Assembly (NCBI GenBank): GCA_001661245.1
Contig: KV454014.1
Span: forward strand, 698,954 to 762,953
Source: Pachysolen tannophilus NRRL Y-2460
Lineage: Eukaryota
Length of the DNA stretch: 64,000 nucleotides
Direction of reading: 5' to 3'
Positions 47,328 to 58,286 of this stretch are shown here, piece by piece. A program made the translations under genes and the position numbers. The notes under the pieces are model-generated. The model was not told where the DNA came from. It saw only the letters and a program-made list of their open reading frames with translations, and ran no database searches. How positions within the stretch are numbered: position 1 is the stretch's first letter; every line of letters starts with the position of its first letter.

Positions 47328-50300
47328 ATGGGTGAAGTTGAAACTTCAAAGAGGAAAAGATTACGTGTACCGGTTTCATGTCAAACCTGTAGGAAGAAAA
47401 AGATCAAATGTGATAAATTAAGACCTTCATGTGGAGGATGTATCAAATCACATTGCCAATGTCAATATGAAGAAAGAACTTGGTCTTCTGGCACATCAAT
47501 TCATGGAAATGTTTTAAATTTTGGAACTGCCTTGTCTTTTGATTCAAATCCAAAAATTCGCAAAATGGAGACAAACAATAGCAGCAATAGTGGCAACATT
47601 ATAAACAATCAGAAAGATAATTCAAATTCACAGCTACCTAATTTCTTTGGACCCCCTTTAGCATCATTCAAAAATCCACATGTATTGGATGGTCAACAAC
47701 AAACTCCGCAGCTTTCCAATTTTGTTAAAGCTGATATTAAGGGGAATACTAATGGTTTCAATAAAGAACTACTTCTGTATAATAACAACAAATCTCTTCT
47801 GACAGATCAGGATTCTAAGGATATTTCAAGTATGAATGAACAACTTCAATTTTTCAAAGATAAAGTAAGGCAGATTGAAACATCAATTGCTTTACATGAT
47901 CTTTCGAGATCAACGGCTCTGAATGATGCCAGTGAAGATCGTGCTTCTTTAATGCTGAAGATTGACCTTAAACCCGATGATACGATTGATTTTTTCGGAG
48001 GATATAACTCATTACAGGTTAATGAATCAAGAATATTTACTCACGGTGCTCTATCTTGGATAACCTTAGTGAAGAAGGATACTTACATCAAAGTTTCGTG
48101 GATGAAAGCTTTGGTGACTAATAAAAACTCATTAATGTTACAAAAAGACGATGAAGTAGATGATAAAGACGACAAAGATGCTGATGATGAGATGAACTCA
48201 TCTCTAGCTAATGCACAGAATAAAGGAGAAAAAATTCATCCAAGGAATCATTTGGGTTTTAGCACAGTGTTTATTCCAGATTCTGAACAAGGAACCATAG
48301 AGATGATTAAAAAATGTTTGCCTTCAGAGAAAGCAATATGGCTCTATGTGGATAGATTTTTTGAATATATTCATCCATTAATGCCATATTTGGATTATAA
48401 ATGTTTTACTAACCAACTTATAAAAATTATTGGTCCGAAAGTTTTGAAAGACTCAAAGGTGGAAAATATAGGAATAAGGAAACGTTTAGATTTTGCATTA
48501 ATGGGTATATTATTATTGGTTTTAAGGTTCAGCTATTTAACTCTATTATCAAACACGGGGAAAGATTATAAAACTAACGATGAAAAAATATCCTATCTAT
48601 TATCACAACCGGTTTCAATTGATGCATCGACTGCTGCTCAATTCTGCCTTAACCAATTTAGACTCTTGAGGAAATCTAATCTTTTAATATTTCAATGCGC
48701 TTTATATATGAGATTGTACCATAGATATGCTCCTGAAGATGGTGATGGATCTGATGGTGATAGTCAAATTTATAACGGTATGTTATTACAGATGGCGGTT
48801 TCTATTGGATTGCATAGAGATCCATCCAATTTTCCTTTGATAGCTCGAAATCGAAGACTGTGTAATTTAAGAAGAAAAATCTGGTATGGATTACTATTAT
48901 TTGATAGATATCAGAGCTTTGTATTAGGCAATCCGTCATATACAAAAATTGAATCCTACGATACCCAAATGCCAGCGTTTGATCCGAATAACATCAATGC
49001 AATAAATCTGAATATTGAAAAATTAATAATCGATGATTTCAAGACTCGATTTCAGATAACTGATATTATTAATGATATAAACAGTTTAGTTTTTGACTTG
49101 AAAGTCAAGCCGAAAGTTTCTGAATTGGTCATAAGCTTGGTCAAATTAGAAGGCCAACTCTCAAAGAAATTTGGAGATTTTAGCAACATTTTGCATAGTT
49201 TACCAAAGGAAACTTTGAATGAAAAAATAATAAAAGTTTCTTCTATGGCTCAGTATTGGGAGGCCAAATCTTATTTACAAGCAATTTACCATCATTTATT
49301 TATGAAATATGAAGCACAGAATGATACTCAGTTGAGTAATTTTTATCTCGAAAAAGCTGTTGAGAATAGTAATGAGATCTACCAGTCTTTCCCAAAAATT
49401 TTGACAAGGTTTAACGAATATGTTGGTTTGGGATTTGACTTGTTTTTGACGTGCTCCTTACTATTATCAACACATAGGATATTGCAACTACAATTTTCGT
49501 TATTTACAAGATATCAACATTTGAGAACTTATTACATTTCCAAAGAAATTTATGATAGTAATTTAAATTCCACGTTAACTCAATTTTGTTCAATAATCTC
49601 AAAAAAATTGAGAAATTATTTAAATGAGTTAAATAAGATAACACCCAATTATTATTATGCATGGAAAATGTTGAAAGCTCAGACACTGATTTATTCAATT
49701 TTAGAAAACGATTCTAACTTAAATATGTTTGAGGTTAACCCATCAGATGGAAAAATTATAATTAAAGGGGACTATAAAAAGGTAATAAAATTTGTACCGC
49801 AAACGAATATATTTGCAGATTTTACTATGGAGCAATTGATTAGCACCTTCCCTTTTTCGGCCCCAGCATCTTCTTCAAAATCAAACGTTGTTCAAAAGAA
49901 AGTTACACCAACAGGAGGGACCTCCGATAGCTTATCACCTAGTTTGAGCCATAACTCTTCTGGCTCTGCAAGTGTTACTGGAAAGGAAAATTCACTTTCA
50001 GCTCAGCATCCAAGTGTTGACCTCATCTGGGTTGAAATGATGAATAATAAGAATCTTTTAAATGGGGGTGATATTAATGACAATATAAACATTTCAGACA
50101 CTATGAATAACGGAATAAACAACAAAGGGAACTTGAGTGAGATTTTGGATTACATAGAAACTGCACCTACAGCCGGCCGCTTACCAGACAATAATAACAA
50201 TAATTCAAATGACAACAATGCGGCTAAAGTTGTTCAAATCCAGCAGTTACTAAATGATGATTCCTCGCCGACAACTTACACTGTGGACAGTTTGAACCCT

Positions 50301-50405
50301 TCTAACTCTCAAGTCATCCACAGAAACAATAGCACAGCTGATATTAACAACATATTTGATGACTTTGATCAATTATTCAACGATGCTAGCTATTTTAGCT
50401 ATTAG
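47328..50405 (+). CDS. Zn(II)2Cys6 transcription factor (Mrr1/Pdr-like), tandem paralog
   Basis: RLRVPVSCQTCRKKKIKCDKLRPSCGGC......C, IGLHRDP, LRRKIW, YYYAW and an acidic C-terminus. ATG at 47328. Confidence 0.9.
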   Translation: MGEVETSKRKRLRVPVSCQTCRKKKIKCDKLRPSCGGCIKSHCQCQYEERTWSSGTSIHGNVLNFGTALSFDSNPKIRKMETNNSSNSGNIINNQKDNSNSQLPNFFGPPLASFKNPHVLDGQQQTPQLSNFVKADIKGNTNGFNKELLLYNNNKSLLTDQDSKDISSMNEQLQFFKDKVRQIETSIALHDLSRSTALNDASEDRASLMLKIDLKPDDTIDFFGGYNSLQVNESRIFTHGALSWITLVKKDTYIKVSWMKALVTNKNSLMLQKDDEVDDKDDKDADDEMNSSLANAQNKGEKIHPRNHLGFSTVFIPDSEQGTIEMIKKCLPSEKAIWLYVDRFFEYIHPLMPYLDYKCFTNQLIKIIGPKVLKDSKVENIGIRKRLDFALMGILLLVLRFSYLTLLSNTGKDYKTNDEKISYLLSQPVSIDASTAAQFCLNQFRLLRKSNLLIFQCALYMRLYHRYAPEDGDGSDGDSQIYNGMLLQMAVSIGLHRDPSNFPLIARNRRLCNLRRKIWYGLLLFDRYQSFVLGNPSYTKIESYDTQMPAFDPNNINAINLNIEKLIIDDFKTRFQITDIINDINSLVFDLKVKPKVSELVISLVKLEGQLSKKFGDFSNILHSLPKETLNEKIIKVSSMAQYWEAKSYLQAIYHHLFMKYEAQNDTQLSNFYLEKAVENSNEIYQSFPKILTRFNEYVGLGFDLFLTCSLLLSTHRILQLQFSLFTRYQHLRTYYISKEIYDSNLNSTLTQFCSIISKKLRNYLNELNKITPNYYYAWKMLKAQTLIYSILENDSNLNMFEVNPSDGKIIIKGDYKKVIKFVPQTNIFADFTMEQLISTFPFSAPASSSKSNVVQKKVTPTGGTSDSLSPSLSHNSSGSASVTGKENSLSAQHPSVDLIWVEMMNNKNLLNGGDINDNINISDTMNNGINNKGNLSEILDYIETAPTAGRLPDNNNNNSNDNNAAKVVQIQQLLNDDSSPTTYTVDSLNPSNSQVIHRNNSTADINNIFDDFDQLFNDASYFSY

Positions 50406-50813
50406 ATCGTAATTATTTCTTTGTAGTCTATAGGTGAAAAATAGTACAGTTTAATAAAGTATATTTTTTTTTTGTTCTATTAGATACCGTCATTAATCTA
50501 TCTAAAATCTTCTTAAGTATCATCTCTAGTATCTATCTATCGTGTTTGAGCTTTCCATTCATGCTGATATCTATCTGACTTTATGACTAAATAAATGCAG
50601 ACTATGGTTCAATAAAATTTCCTATTTAGGTTGTAGTCATCGAGTTGAAAAAAAAATTTTGATTTTTCAAGAAACCTTAGCTATATAAAGATAGACTTGT
50701 ACACTTGTAGATTTATCCACTTGAATATATCGAGGTTCAAGAAGTATTGCGACTGTTTTTAGGTTAGTCTCTACATTATTTTTGGCTTTTTATTAGCTTT
50801 TTTGGAAAAGACT

Positions 50814-52340
50814 ATGCCCGACGTAATAGAGGTAGATGATGAAGGTTCAGTTAACACTTCTTCAATGAAGTACTCTGATAATGTCATATCTCAAGATATA
50901 GAAGAAACATTTGATTTGGATGAAATTCCGGAGAAGGAGTTGGATAAAGTTTATAGACGATTGGATTATCGTATAATTCCAGCTTTATGGTGTTTATATT
51001 TCTTAACGTCTTACGGGTCTTCTGCTTACGGGAACACCTTGACGATGAATACTTCAGAGGGACATTCTTTAATTCAAAGTTTGAATTTAACAGATCACGA
51101 TACGTCAACCGCATCTGCTTTGTACTACGTGGGGTACATTATATTTGATGTTCCTATGAATTTGCTGATGACCCGTTTGTCTCCTCAAGTTTGGTTAAGT
51201 CGTATTGTTATCACCGTGGGACTTGTTTACGCATGTTATGCGGCGTTGGATAATAATAAAGGTATCATGGCCATACGATTTGTCAGTGGAATGTGTGGTG
51301 CTGGAACATGGCCTGGTTTAAGCTATTACATTACATTATGGTATCCTAATCATAGAAGTGCCAAGAGAATTGGTTATTATTTCACGGCAGCTCAAATAAG
51401 TGCAGCAGCAGCTGGTTTGGTTGCAGCAGGGTTTCAAAAAATGGATATGGATAGAGGTTTAGAAGGTTGGAAGTGGTATTTTTTAGTTTATGGGTGTATA
51501 ACGGTTTTAGTTGGAATCCTATTGCTTTTTTGGCTACCAGATAGACCATTTGAGATTGAAAAAGTGGAAAGATCAAAGCTTAGCAAATTTTCAATTTCAA
51601 AATATTTACCAAAACCCAGGAAACCTTTAAATGCCCATATGAGAGAACTTCATAGAAAAGATATGGTTGGACGCTACAAGAAATTAGAATATAGTTGGAG
51701 AGATGTTCTCAAGATTATTTGTGATATTAGAATTTGGCCATTGATCATTATGTATTTTGGTGTAGTAGGTACAGGTTTTGGATTGGCAGTTTTCGGTACT
51801 TCCATCATAGAAATCAACAATCCTCAATTATCCTCAATTGATGTATCTTTACTCTATGCTCCAATATGGCTTTTTGATCTTGCTGGTATATTAATCATTA
51901 CACCAATTGCAGATAAATTTAAAAAATATAGACCATTATTTTTCAGCTTTTCAACTTTAATCATAATTGCCGGTATGTTTGTCACTACATATGCTCCAAC
52001 TTCTTGGAGCTCTTATGGAGGACTATTAATTGCTGGATTTGGCTTGGGACCAACAGTTCCAATCACAATGGCATGGGCCGCTGAAATCTTTGGCGCAAAT
52101 TACGGAGACGTTGGTTGTGCTGTTAGTGCTGCCTTGGTTTCTGGTCTAGGAAATTTAGGCTCCGTAACTGCAACTTACGCCTTATATACAGGTTGGCCTG
52201 CTGACTACGCTAGGAAATATGAGTACTCAAACATGATGCTAGTGGTCATGTTGGGTGTTAGCGTGATTGCCAGCTTCGTTCTTGTCGGTTTGCTCAAGTT
52301 CTTATACCCAGAACCAGAGGACAAGAGCCTAAAAGAGTAG
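50814..52340 (+). CDS. MFS transporter, anion:cation symporter (Dal5/Tna1/Thi73-like) family
   Basis: RRLDYRIIP, YVGYIIFDVP, RFVSG, WYP...KR and GLEGWKWYFLVYG..T..G...LPD motifs; about 12 TM segments. First ATG at 50814. Confidence 0.85.
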   Translation: MPDVIEVDDEGSVNTSSMKYSDNVISQDIEETFDLDEIPEKELDKVYRRLDYRIIPALWCLYFLTSYGSSAYGNTLTMNTSEGHSLIQSLNLTDHDTSTASALYYVGYIIFDVPMNLLMTRLSPQVWLSRIVITVGLVYACYAALDNNKGIMAIRFVSGMCGAGTWPGLSYYITLWYPNHRSAKRIGYYFTAAQISAAAAGLVAAGFQKMDMDRGLEGWKWYFLVYGCITVLVGILLLFWLPDRPFEIEKVERSKLSKFSISKYLPKPRKPLNAHMRELHRKDMVGRYKKLEYSWRDVLKIICDIRIWPLIIMYFGVVGTGFGLAVFGTSIIEINNPQLSSIDVSLLYAPIWLFDLAGILIITPIADKFKKYRPLFFSFSTLIIIAGMFVTTYAPTSWSSYGGLLIAGFGLGPTVPITMAWAAEIFGANYGDVGCAVSAALVSGLGNLGSVTATYALYTGWPADYARKYEYSNMMLVVMLGVSVIASFVLVGLLKFLYPEPEDKSLKE

Positions 52341-52565
52341 GTATTGCCAATATTGCTAATAGCTTCCCATTTGGGAAATCGGACTTTTTTATTACCGTTT
52401 TAGGACATTTAAAATATAAACTATTATTATTAACTATTATTATTACTTTGTAGACATCGATTGTACCTCATCAACTTTAGCTCTTTAGTTATCTTATTCT
52501 TTAGTAACTTCAGAGAAAAGAAAGAAAGTAAAAAAAAAAGATTGTATTTTAAGCTAAGGATTAAA

Positions 52566-53129
52566 ATGACTAGTCGGGGAGATGGGATGAACCAGAATAG
52601 ACCTAGGCACTTTAAGAAGCCTTCGATTAATTCTTCAGAGTTTGCGGTAGACCCATCTTATTACAACATTAACTCATCTGATTCTGATTTACTAAATACA
52701 ACGAGTGATAACGATACTGATTCTGGAACTACTTCTAATGAAAATGAAATTTCTAATGGGAATAGTGGGCGAGAAGAGTTTGATCCGGTTTCATATTTAA
52801 TATTTTCTTTACAAAATTCTTTAAATTCGATTGAGATGGATAAATCGATAGTGAAACAATCACAGCTTTCAGGAGAATTGAATAATAAGACAAAAGAGTT
52901 ATTGAAATCATATAAGGAATCACAGGAAAAGTTGAAGGAGTTCATAGTACAATTCGGTCATTTTAAAAATGAAATAATACCCAATTTGGAGAAAGATTTA
53001 GCATGGTCAGAAAACAAGGTTAAAAAATTGAATAAAAAATTAAGAGAACATTATCCAATTGAATATGAAAAGAGTAAAGATAAAGTTTTAAATAGGATAA
53101 CCAATGATGAGGAAGATTTATTTGTATAG
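52566..53129 (+). CDS. KXD1: BLOC-1 subunit with KxDL domain
   Basis: Acidic N-terminus, FDPVSYL..SL..SLNSIEMDK...QSQLSG.LN coiled coil, LEKDL motif and HYPIEY. ATG at 52566. Confidence 0.7.
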   Translation: MTSRGDGMNQNRPRHFKKPSINSSEFAVDPSYYNINSSDSDLLNTTSDNDTDSGTTSNENEISNGNSGREEFDPVSYLIFSLQNSLNSIEMDKSIVKQSQLSGELNNKTKELLKSYKESQEKLKEFIVQFGHFKNEIIPNLEKDLAWSENKVKKLNKKLREHYPIEYEKSKDKVLNRITNDEEDLFV

Positions 53130-53238
53130 GAAAAACCATAAATGTAGTTTTATAATCAAATTTATTTTATTTGACGAGTAAATTAGCAAAAAAGAAAAAA
53201 AAAAAAAAAAATGTACATAATTTTTTTCAATCGTTAGT

Positions 53239-54403
53239 TCAAGGGGTTTGAACTTCAATGGCATTTCCTCCACTGGAACTACTCTTTAGTGCTGCGTCTA
53301 TAACAGCTAAGTGGTGGAAGCAAACTTCAGGAGTAGACAAAATTTTTGTGAAATCTTTAGTTTTTAAAGCTTCACTGAAAACTTCAAATTCTTTTAAAGT
53401 ACCTGAATTTTCATTTTCAATTTGAATTACTTCCTCTTTAGGCTCAACATCACCATTGGCACCAATCAAGACAGTAGCAGTTGGAACCCTTTTAGGAGTA
53501 AAATCAAAGGAAATGGAACCATTATCACCCATAATTTCAAAGACACAAGATTTCTTAGTTGCACCAAAGGCAGAACCATATGTAAAAGTACCAATTAAAC
53601 CATTTTCCATAGTCATGCAACTATAAAGGATATCATCTGCACCACTTTGTTTTCTAACTTGTTTAGTAAGTCCTGAAACTTTAGAAACGCGACCTAATAC
53701 ACCTGTTAACAAAGCCAATTGATGAACACCACCATCACTTAAGAACCCACCAATATGTTCAGGTTTAGCTCTCCATGAAGTTTTCAAATATTTATTTGAA
53801 ACGTAAAAAGGTCCCGTTGATTTATAAGTAAAAGATACAACATTGCCAATTTCATTCAATTTTTCTTTTAAAATGGTAATTGCTTTATAATATGACCATT
53901 GTTCTAAAATAATAATTGGTAACTGAGGATTTTCTTTTGAAATTTTAACAATTTCTCTAGCCTGATCTAAATTTGCAGCAATTGGTTTCTCCATGGCAAG
54001 TGGTTTACCATATTTGACAGCCAATTTAACAACATCCAAATTGTATTGTACAGGCAATAAAGCATCAATTACATCAACATCAGGATCAGATACAATTGAT
54101 TCCAAAGAATCATGAATCTTATCCGAAGAAATCTTGGCTTTTACAGCAAAATCCTCTGCTTTTGCCTTAGTTCTATTATAACAAGCCCATGGTAAATATA
54201 AATTTGGAAGTTTTTCAAAAGTAGGTAAATGATTATTAACAGCAAAAATCTAAAAGCAATTGGATTAAATATTCAGTTAATTTTCTTGTTCCTTTTCAAA
54301 ATAAACCTTTTCTTTTATTCTTATTAAAATAAATTTCATTACTTACACCTGTTCCAATAATACCCAATTTCAATGGCTTCTCGGTTTTACTTTCTGATGC
54401 CAT
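53239..54403 (-). CDS. Gfo/Idh/MocA NAD(P)H oxidoreductase (YMR315W-like); exons 54403-54347 and 54249-53239
   Basis: Splicing (donor GTAAGT at 54346, acceptor TAG ending 54250) rebuilds the Rossmann motif LGIIGTGIFA; also EKPIA and GGFLSDGGVH. Confidence 0.88.
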
Positions 54404-54960
54404 TCTTCCAAAAAAAAAAATTGAATCAATTCTCTTAAAACACTATACTAAAAAATCAATCTACTAATCAACAATTATATAACTTTATATATTCAATTCT
54501 TTGAATTCTAACTGCCACCAAAGTCAACTCCAACTCTAGCCCTTCGATATATATATATAGAGAGAGATAGATAGATGTGCAGGAAAGCTGTCCGGCGGCG
54601 GCTGGCGGCCAGTTTCTTTGCCGCCAGCTTGCTTCTTATAAATATAAAAAAAAAGGGTTTCCTCCAGAACGGAAACGTTCCGAATTTTGTTCTTAAAAAT
54701 TTAATATATTCTCCGTTTTGTTTTTTTTGTTTTTTTTTGTTTTCCAACCTGGAAATCTCTGGAAATACGTTGGAGTAATTCGGAAATTTGTTTAACACCG
54801 ATGTTTCTTATCTCTGCACAGTATCGGGATTGAACGATATAAATACAGGTTGAAATTATTTGAATATTGATACAGAGAATAGCAGGTGTTAGCTGGCTTT
54901 TTTTTTCTTTTTTTTTGGATAGTAGTAGAGATTGGATAGATATATTATAGGTTAGAGGAT

Positions 54961-55932
54961 ATGCCTGCACTGACTCCAAAATTATTTGAAGGTTTAACTG
55001 ATGAACAGCTTAAAGAGTTTGAAGATGAAGGATGTCTTGCGCTTAAGAATTTTTTATCAGAAGAAGAAGTTAATGTATTATTACAAGAGGCGAAAAGATT
55101 GTTAAGTGAGATTGATTTAGATAATCATGCAATGACAAAGTTTGTAACTACTGAGGATTCTGAGAATCATGTTGGGGATGAATATTTTTTAAATTCTTCA
55201 GATAAAATTTGTTCATTTTTCGATACCGATGCTTTTAATGATGAGGGAAAATTGATTAAACCAAAGGAAAAAAGTGTTAATAAGATTGGACATAATTTAC
55301 ACTCTCTAAATGATGAGTATTATAAAATTTCCTTTGATGAGAGGATTCAAGATATTTCCAAGAAGTTGGGGTTTAAAGATCCAAGAATTTTACAAAGTAT
55401 GCTAATTTTTAAACAACCGGAAATAGGAGGAAGCGTCCCCTCACATCAAGATAGTACATTTTTATATACTGAACCATTGTCTGCAATTGGTTTTTGGTTT
55501 GCCTTGGAAGATTGTACAAAGGAAAATGGATGTTTAAGTTATTATCCGGGATCACACAAGACATTCCCAGTTACAAAGAGAATGATTAAAGATTTTGATA
55601 AAAAAAGTGGTACCAAATTTGTAAATACTAAAGTTGGGGAATCATTATATAAGACGAACGTTGATGAATTAAATGATGCAAAACTGAGAAATGATGATAA
55701 AAATTTTAAATTGGTTGAAATCCCAAGAGGATCTCTAGTTTTAATTCATGGTTCAGTTTTACATAAATCAGAAAGAAATTCAAGCCAAAAGAGTAGATAT
55801 GCTTATACATTCCACGTGATTGAAGGTGAAAATGATTATGATAATTTAAATTGGCTTCAAGTCCCTCCTTGTAGAGAAGGAAGTACAAATTTTAGTAGTT
55901 TAATTACGGGGAACAAAGTTGGAATTTATTAA
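54961..55932 (+). CDS. Phytanoyl-CoA dioxygenase-domain protein (PHYHD1-like Fe/2OG oxygenase)
   Basis: NKIGH.LH, QSMLIFKQP.IGG, the HQD iron motif, ENGCL..PGSH and HKS..N.S..SR.AYTFH. Confidence 0.88.
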   Translation: MPALTPKLFEGLTDEQLKEFEDEGCLALKNFLSEEEVNVLLQEAKRLLSEIDLDNHAMTKFVTTEDSENHVGDEYFLNSSDKICSFFDTDAFNDEGKLIKPKEKSVNKIGHNLHSLNDEYYKISFDERIQDISKKLGFKDPRILQSMLIFKQPEIGGSVPSHQDSTFLYTEPLSAIGFWFALEDCTKENGCLSYYPGSHKTFPVTKRMIKDFDKKSGTKFVNTKVGESLYKTNVDELNDAKLRNDDKNFKLVEIPRGSLVLIHGSVLHKSERNSSQKSRYAYTFHVIEGENDYDNLNWLQVPPCREGSTNFSSLITGNKVGIY

Positions 55933-56024
55933 TGTCACTCTACAAATAGGTTTTAACTTGTATACGTTTAAGATCACAATTATAATCTATTAATACATAA
56001 CATGAATTTAAATACTATGCTCAT

Positions 56025-58286
56025 TTAAGCTTGTAAATCCAAACAAACATCAACACAGTCTCCAATGTTACAATGCTTTGCAATAACAATATCTCTAACA
56101 ATGTCTCTTGCCATTTCTGGGAACATAGCTAACAAATTATCAATTGTTTCCTCTTGAGTTTTTAATTCATTCTGTCTGGCCTCATGTTCTTGAATTGATA
56201 ATTCTTTTACACTTGATACAATATCTTTTTGTGATTGATGATTCAGGTGACTATCTTCTGCATTATGCAAATTCTCCTCTGGCTCTTCGTTCAATGAAAA
56301 GATATTTGAAATCTTATTTTGTAGCAAACTTGCAGAATTTGCTAAAAGTTGAGAAGGCGATTGTTCATTCAGGCGATTAGAGTTTTTATTTCCCACCATT
56401 AATGACGTCAATTGTTGTGGAAATGGAGCGAATATGCCATTGGAGGAATTTTGTTCTTGATTTGATTTCGTTTCTTGATCATGATCGAGATCATGTTTTT
56501 GTTTTTGTTCTTGTTCTTCTTGTCTCTTTTCTTTTTCTTTTTTACTTTTTTCTTCATATTCTATTATGTGTCTTTCGAACTCTTCTTCATCAATGGTTAA
56601 TAATTTTCTTTCAATGTTTATCACAAAATTTGAAACTATTTGTAAAGATGACAAATAATATGAAATTTCACCTGTTAGAAATTTCTCATTTCTGAATCTT
56701 TCTATATAATTAATATTTGAAATTAAATTTTTCGGTTTTGCCTTTATTATAACATAAATCAATAAAGGAATAAATGAATCTGCATTTTCTTCAACCTTGT
56801 TCTTATGCTGACTCTGTCTAATTAACCCAAATATCACTTTACAGCAATTAAGAACGCATATTATTTTATCTCTTGGTGATTTATAATTATTCAATTTATT
56901 TATTTCTATGCAACTCAACTTTATAAATGATGAATTTGATAACATTAAAGATTCTGGTAAGTCCAAATGTCTAGGCTCTAACCATTGAAATTTTACCAAA
57001 TTTTCTGCTAATTTTAAATCTTGAATTAAATCCTCTTTATGGGATGTTGTTAATTTTTTTGGAGGAATAGCTGGTGGGAAAACCAAAAGGTATAATTTAC
57101 TCATTATTAATTTTTCAAAACCTTCTTTAGCAAAATCTGCTTCATATTCATTTTTGTCTTCATCAATTTGTTTAATTAAAACAAATTTATCATAAATAAA
57201 TTTTTCAAAATCTTTGATCAATTTAATTTGTTCATCGACAGTCCAAATATTTTTAGTTTGAAATTGATATAAAAAAGATTTCAAAAATCTTAAAATTGGT
57301 TCACAGTTTTTAGTCTTCAATTGCAGCAAAAATTTCTGGAAATCAAAAACTGGCAGAGCTTCTTGAGATAAATGTCCCAAATTATTTGAAGGGGCCGCTG
57401 CAGTTAATGAGCTCGAAGATTCTGCAATTTCTTCAATATTCTTTTCTTTTACTTCTGGACTTTTACCCTTTCCCATTAAATTATCATCATTTTTTGCAAT
57501 TTTTTTTAAATCTATGTTTTTATTAGTTTGCTTCTCTATTTTTTGTTCTTGTTCTTGTTCTTGTTCTTGCTCTTTCTTGTCACTTAATTCATTTTCTACA
57601 TCCAGAGTATTATTGGATTTTCTGCAAACCTCATTAATAGCAGGTGATACTTCAGTTAAAACTTTTTGAGTATCATTAGATTCAAATTGGGATTCCTGCG
57701 TTTCATTTTTTCTAGTTCCATCATCTTTATTAACATCTAAATCTATTAAATTACCTTCACCTGCATGCCCTTTCCCATTATCAATGAATTGCTTCTCATT
57801 TTCAACCTGATCGGAACCATCATCATCATCATCATCATCATCATCGTAATCTTCTTCAAAATCTACTTCAATGTCTTTATCGCCGCCGCCTTTACCATTC
57901 CCGTTTCCATTGCCGTCCTTATCTTCATTCACGTTACCATTTTCTTCAAACGAAGAACTTTTATCCGAATTTTTATGCAAATTTGTATTTTCACTATGAT
58001 GAATCAAATCTTCAATAATATTATCATCCTGATTCAAAGTATTATCTTTATTATTAGCTTCATTCCCATGTTCAATTTTCTCTAATAAATTTATCAAATC
58101 CTCATTATTACTAACAGCTGCAGAAGTTGTTGGATAAACAGCATCATTTTTTTGATTATCATTAATATTCGGTGTAATTATAATATTATCATTATTAAAA
58201 CTTAATGTTGGACCAGCAGCTGATTTAGAAGCCAAATTTTTCGGAAGAAGAAATTTATTACTATTAAATGACTTATTGAATGACAT
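56025..58286 (-). CDS. VPS9: Rab5 GEF Vps9 (VPS9 and CUE domains)
   Basis: YKSPRDKIICVLNCCKVIFG, ADSFIPLLIYV, SNINYIERFR and C-terminal MFP...IV.D....CVDVCL. Confidence 0.92.
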   Translation of the reverse strand: MSFNKSFNSNKFLLPKNLASKSAAGPTLSFNNDNIIITPNINDNQKNDAVYPTTSAAVSNNEDLINLLEKIEHGNEANNKDNTLNQDDNIIEDLIHHSENTNLHKNSDKSSSFEENGNVNEDKDGNGNGNGKGGGDKDIEVDFEEDYDDDDDDDDDGSDQVENEKQFIDNGKGHAGEGNLIDLDVNKDDGTRKNETQESQFESNDTQKVLTEVSPAINEVCRKSNNTLDVENELSDKKEQEQEQEQEQKIEKQTNKNIDLKKIAKNDDNLMGKGKSPEVKEKNIEEIAESSSSLTAAAPSNNLGHLSQEALPVFDFQKFLLQLKTKNCEPILRFLKSFLYQFQTKNIWTVDEQIKLIKDFEKFIYDKFVLIKQIDEDKNEYEADFAKEGFEKLIMSKLYLLVFPPAIPPKKLTTSHKEDLIQDLKLAENLVKFQWLEPRHLDLPESLMLSNSSFIKLSCIEINKLNNYKSPRDKIICVLNCCKVIFGLIRQSQHKNKVEENADSFIPLLIYVIIKAKPKNLISNINYIERFRNEKFLTGEISYYLSSLQIVSNFVINIERKLLTIDEEEFERHIIEYEEKSKKEKEKRQEEQEQKQKHDLDHDQETKSNQEQNSSNGIFAPFPQQLTSLMVGNKNSNRLNEQSPSQLLANSASLLQNKISNIFSLNEEPEENLHNAEDSHLNHQSQKDIVSSVKELSIQEHEARQNELKTQEETIDNLLAMFPEMARDIVRDIVIAKHCNIGDCVDVCLDLQA

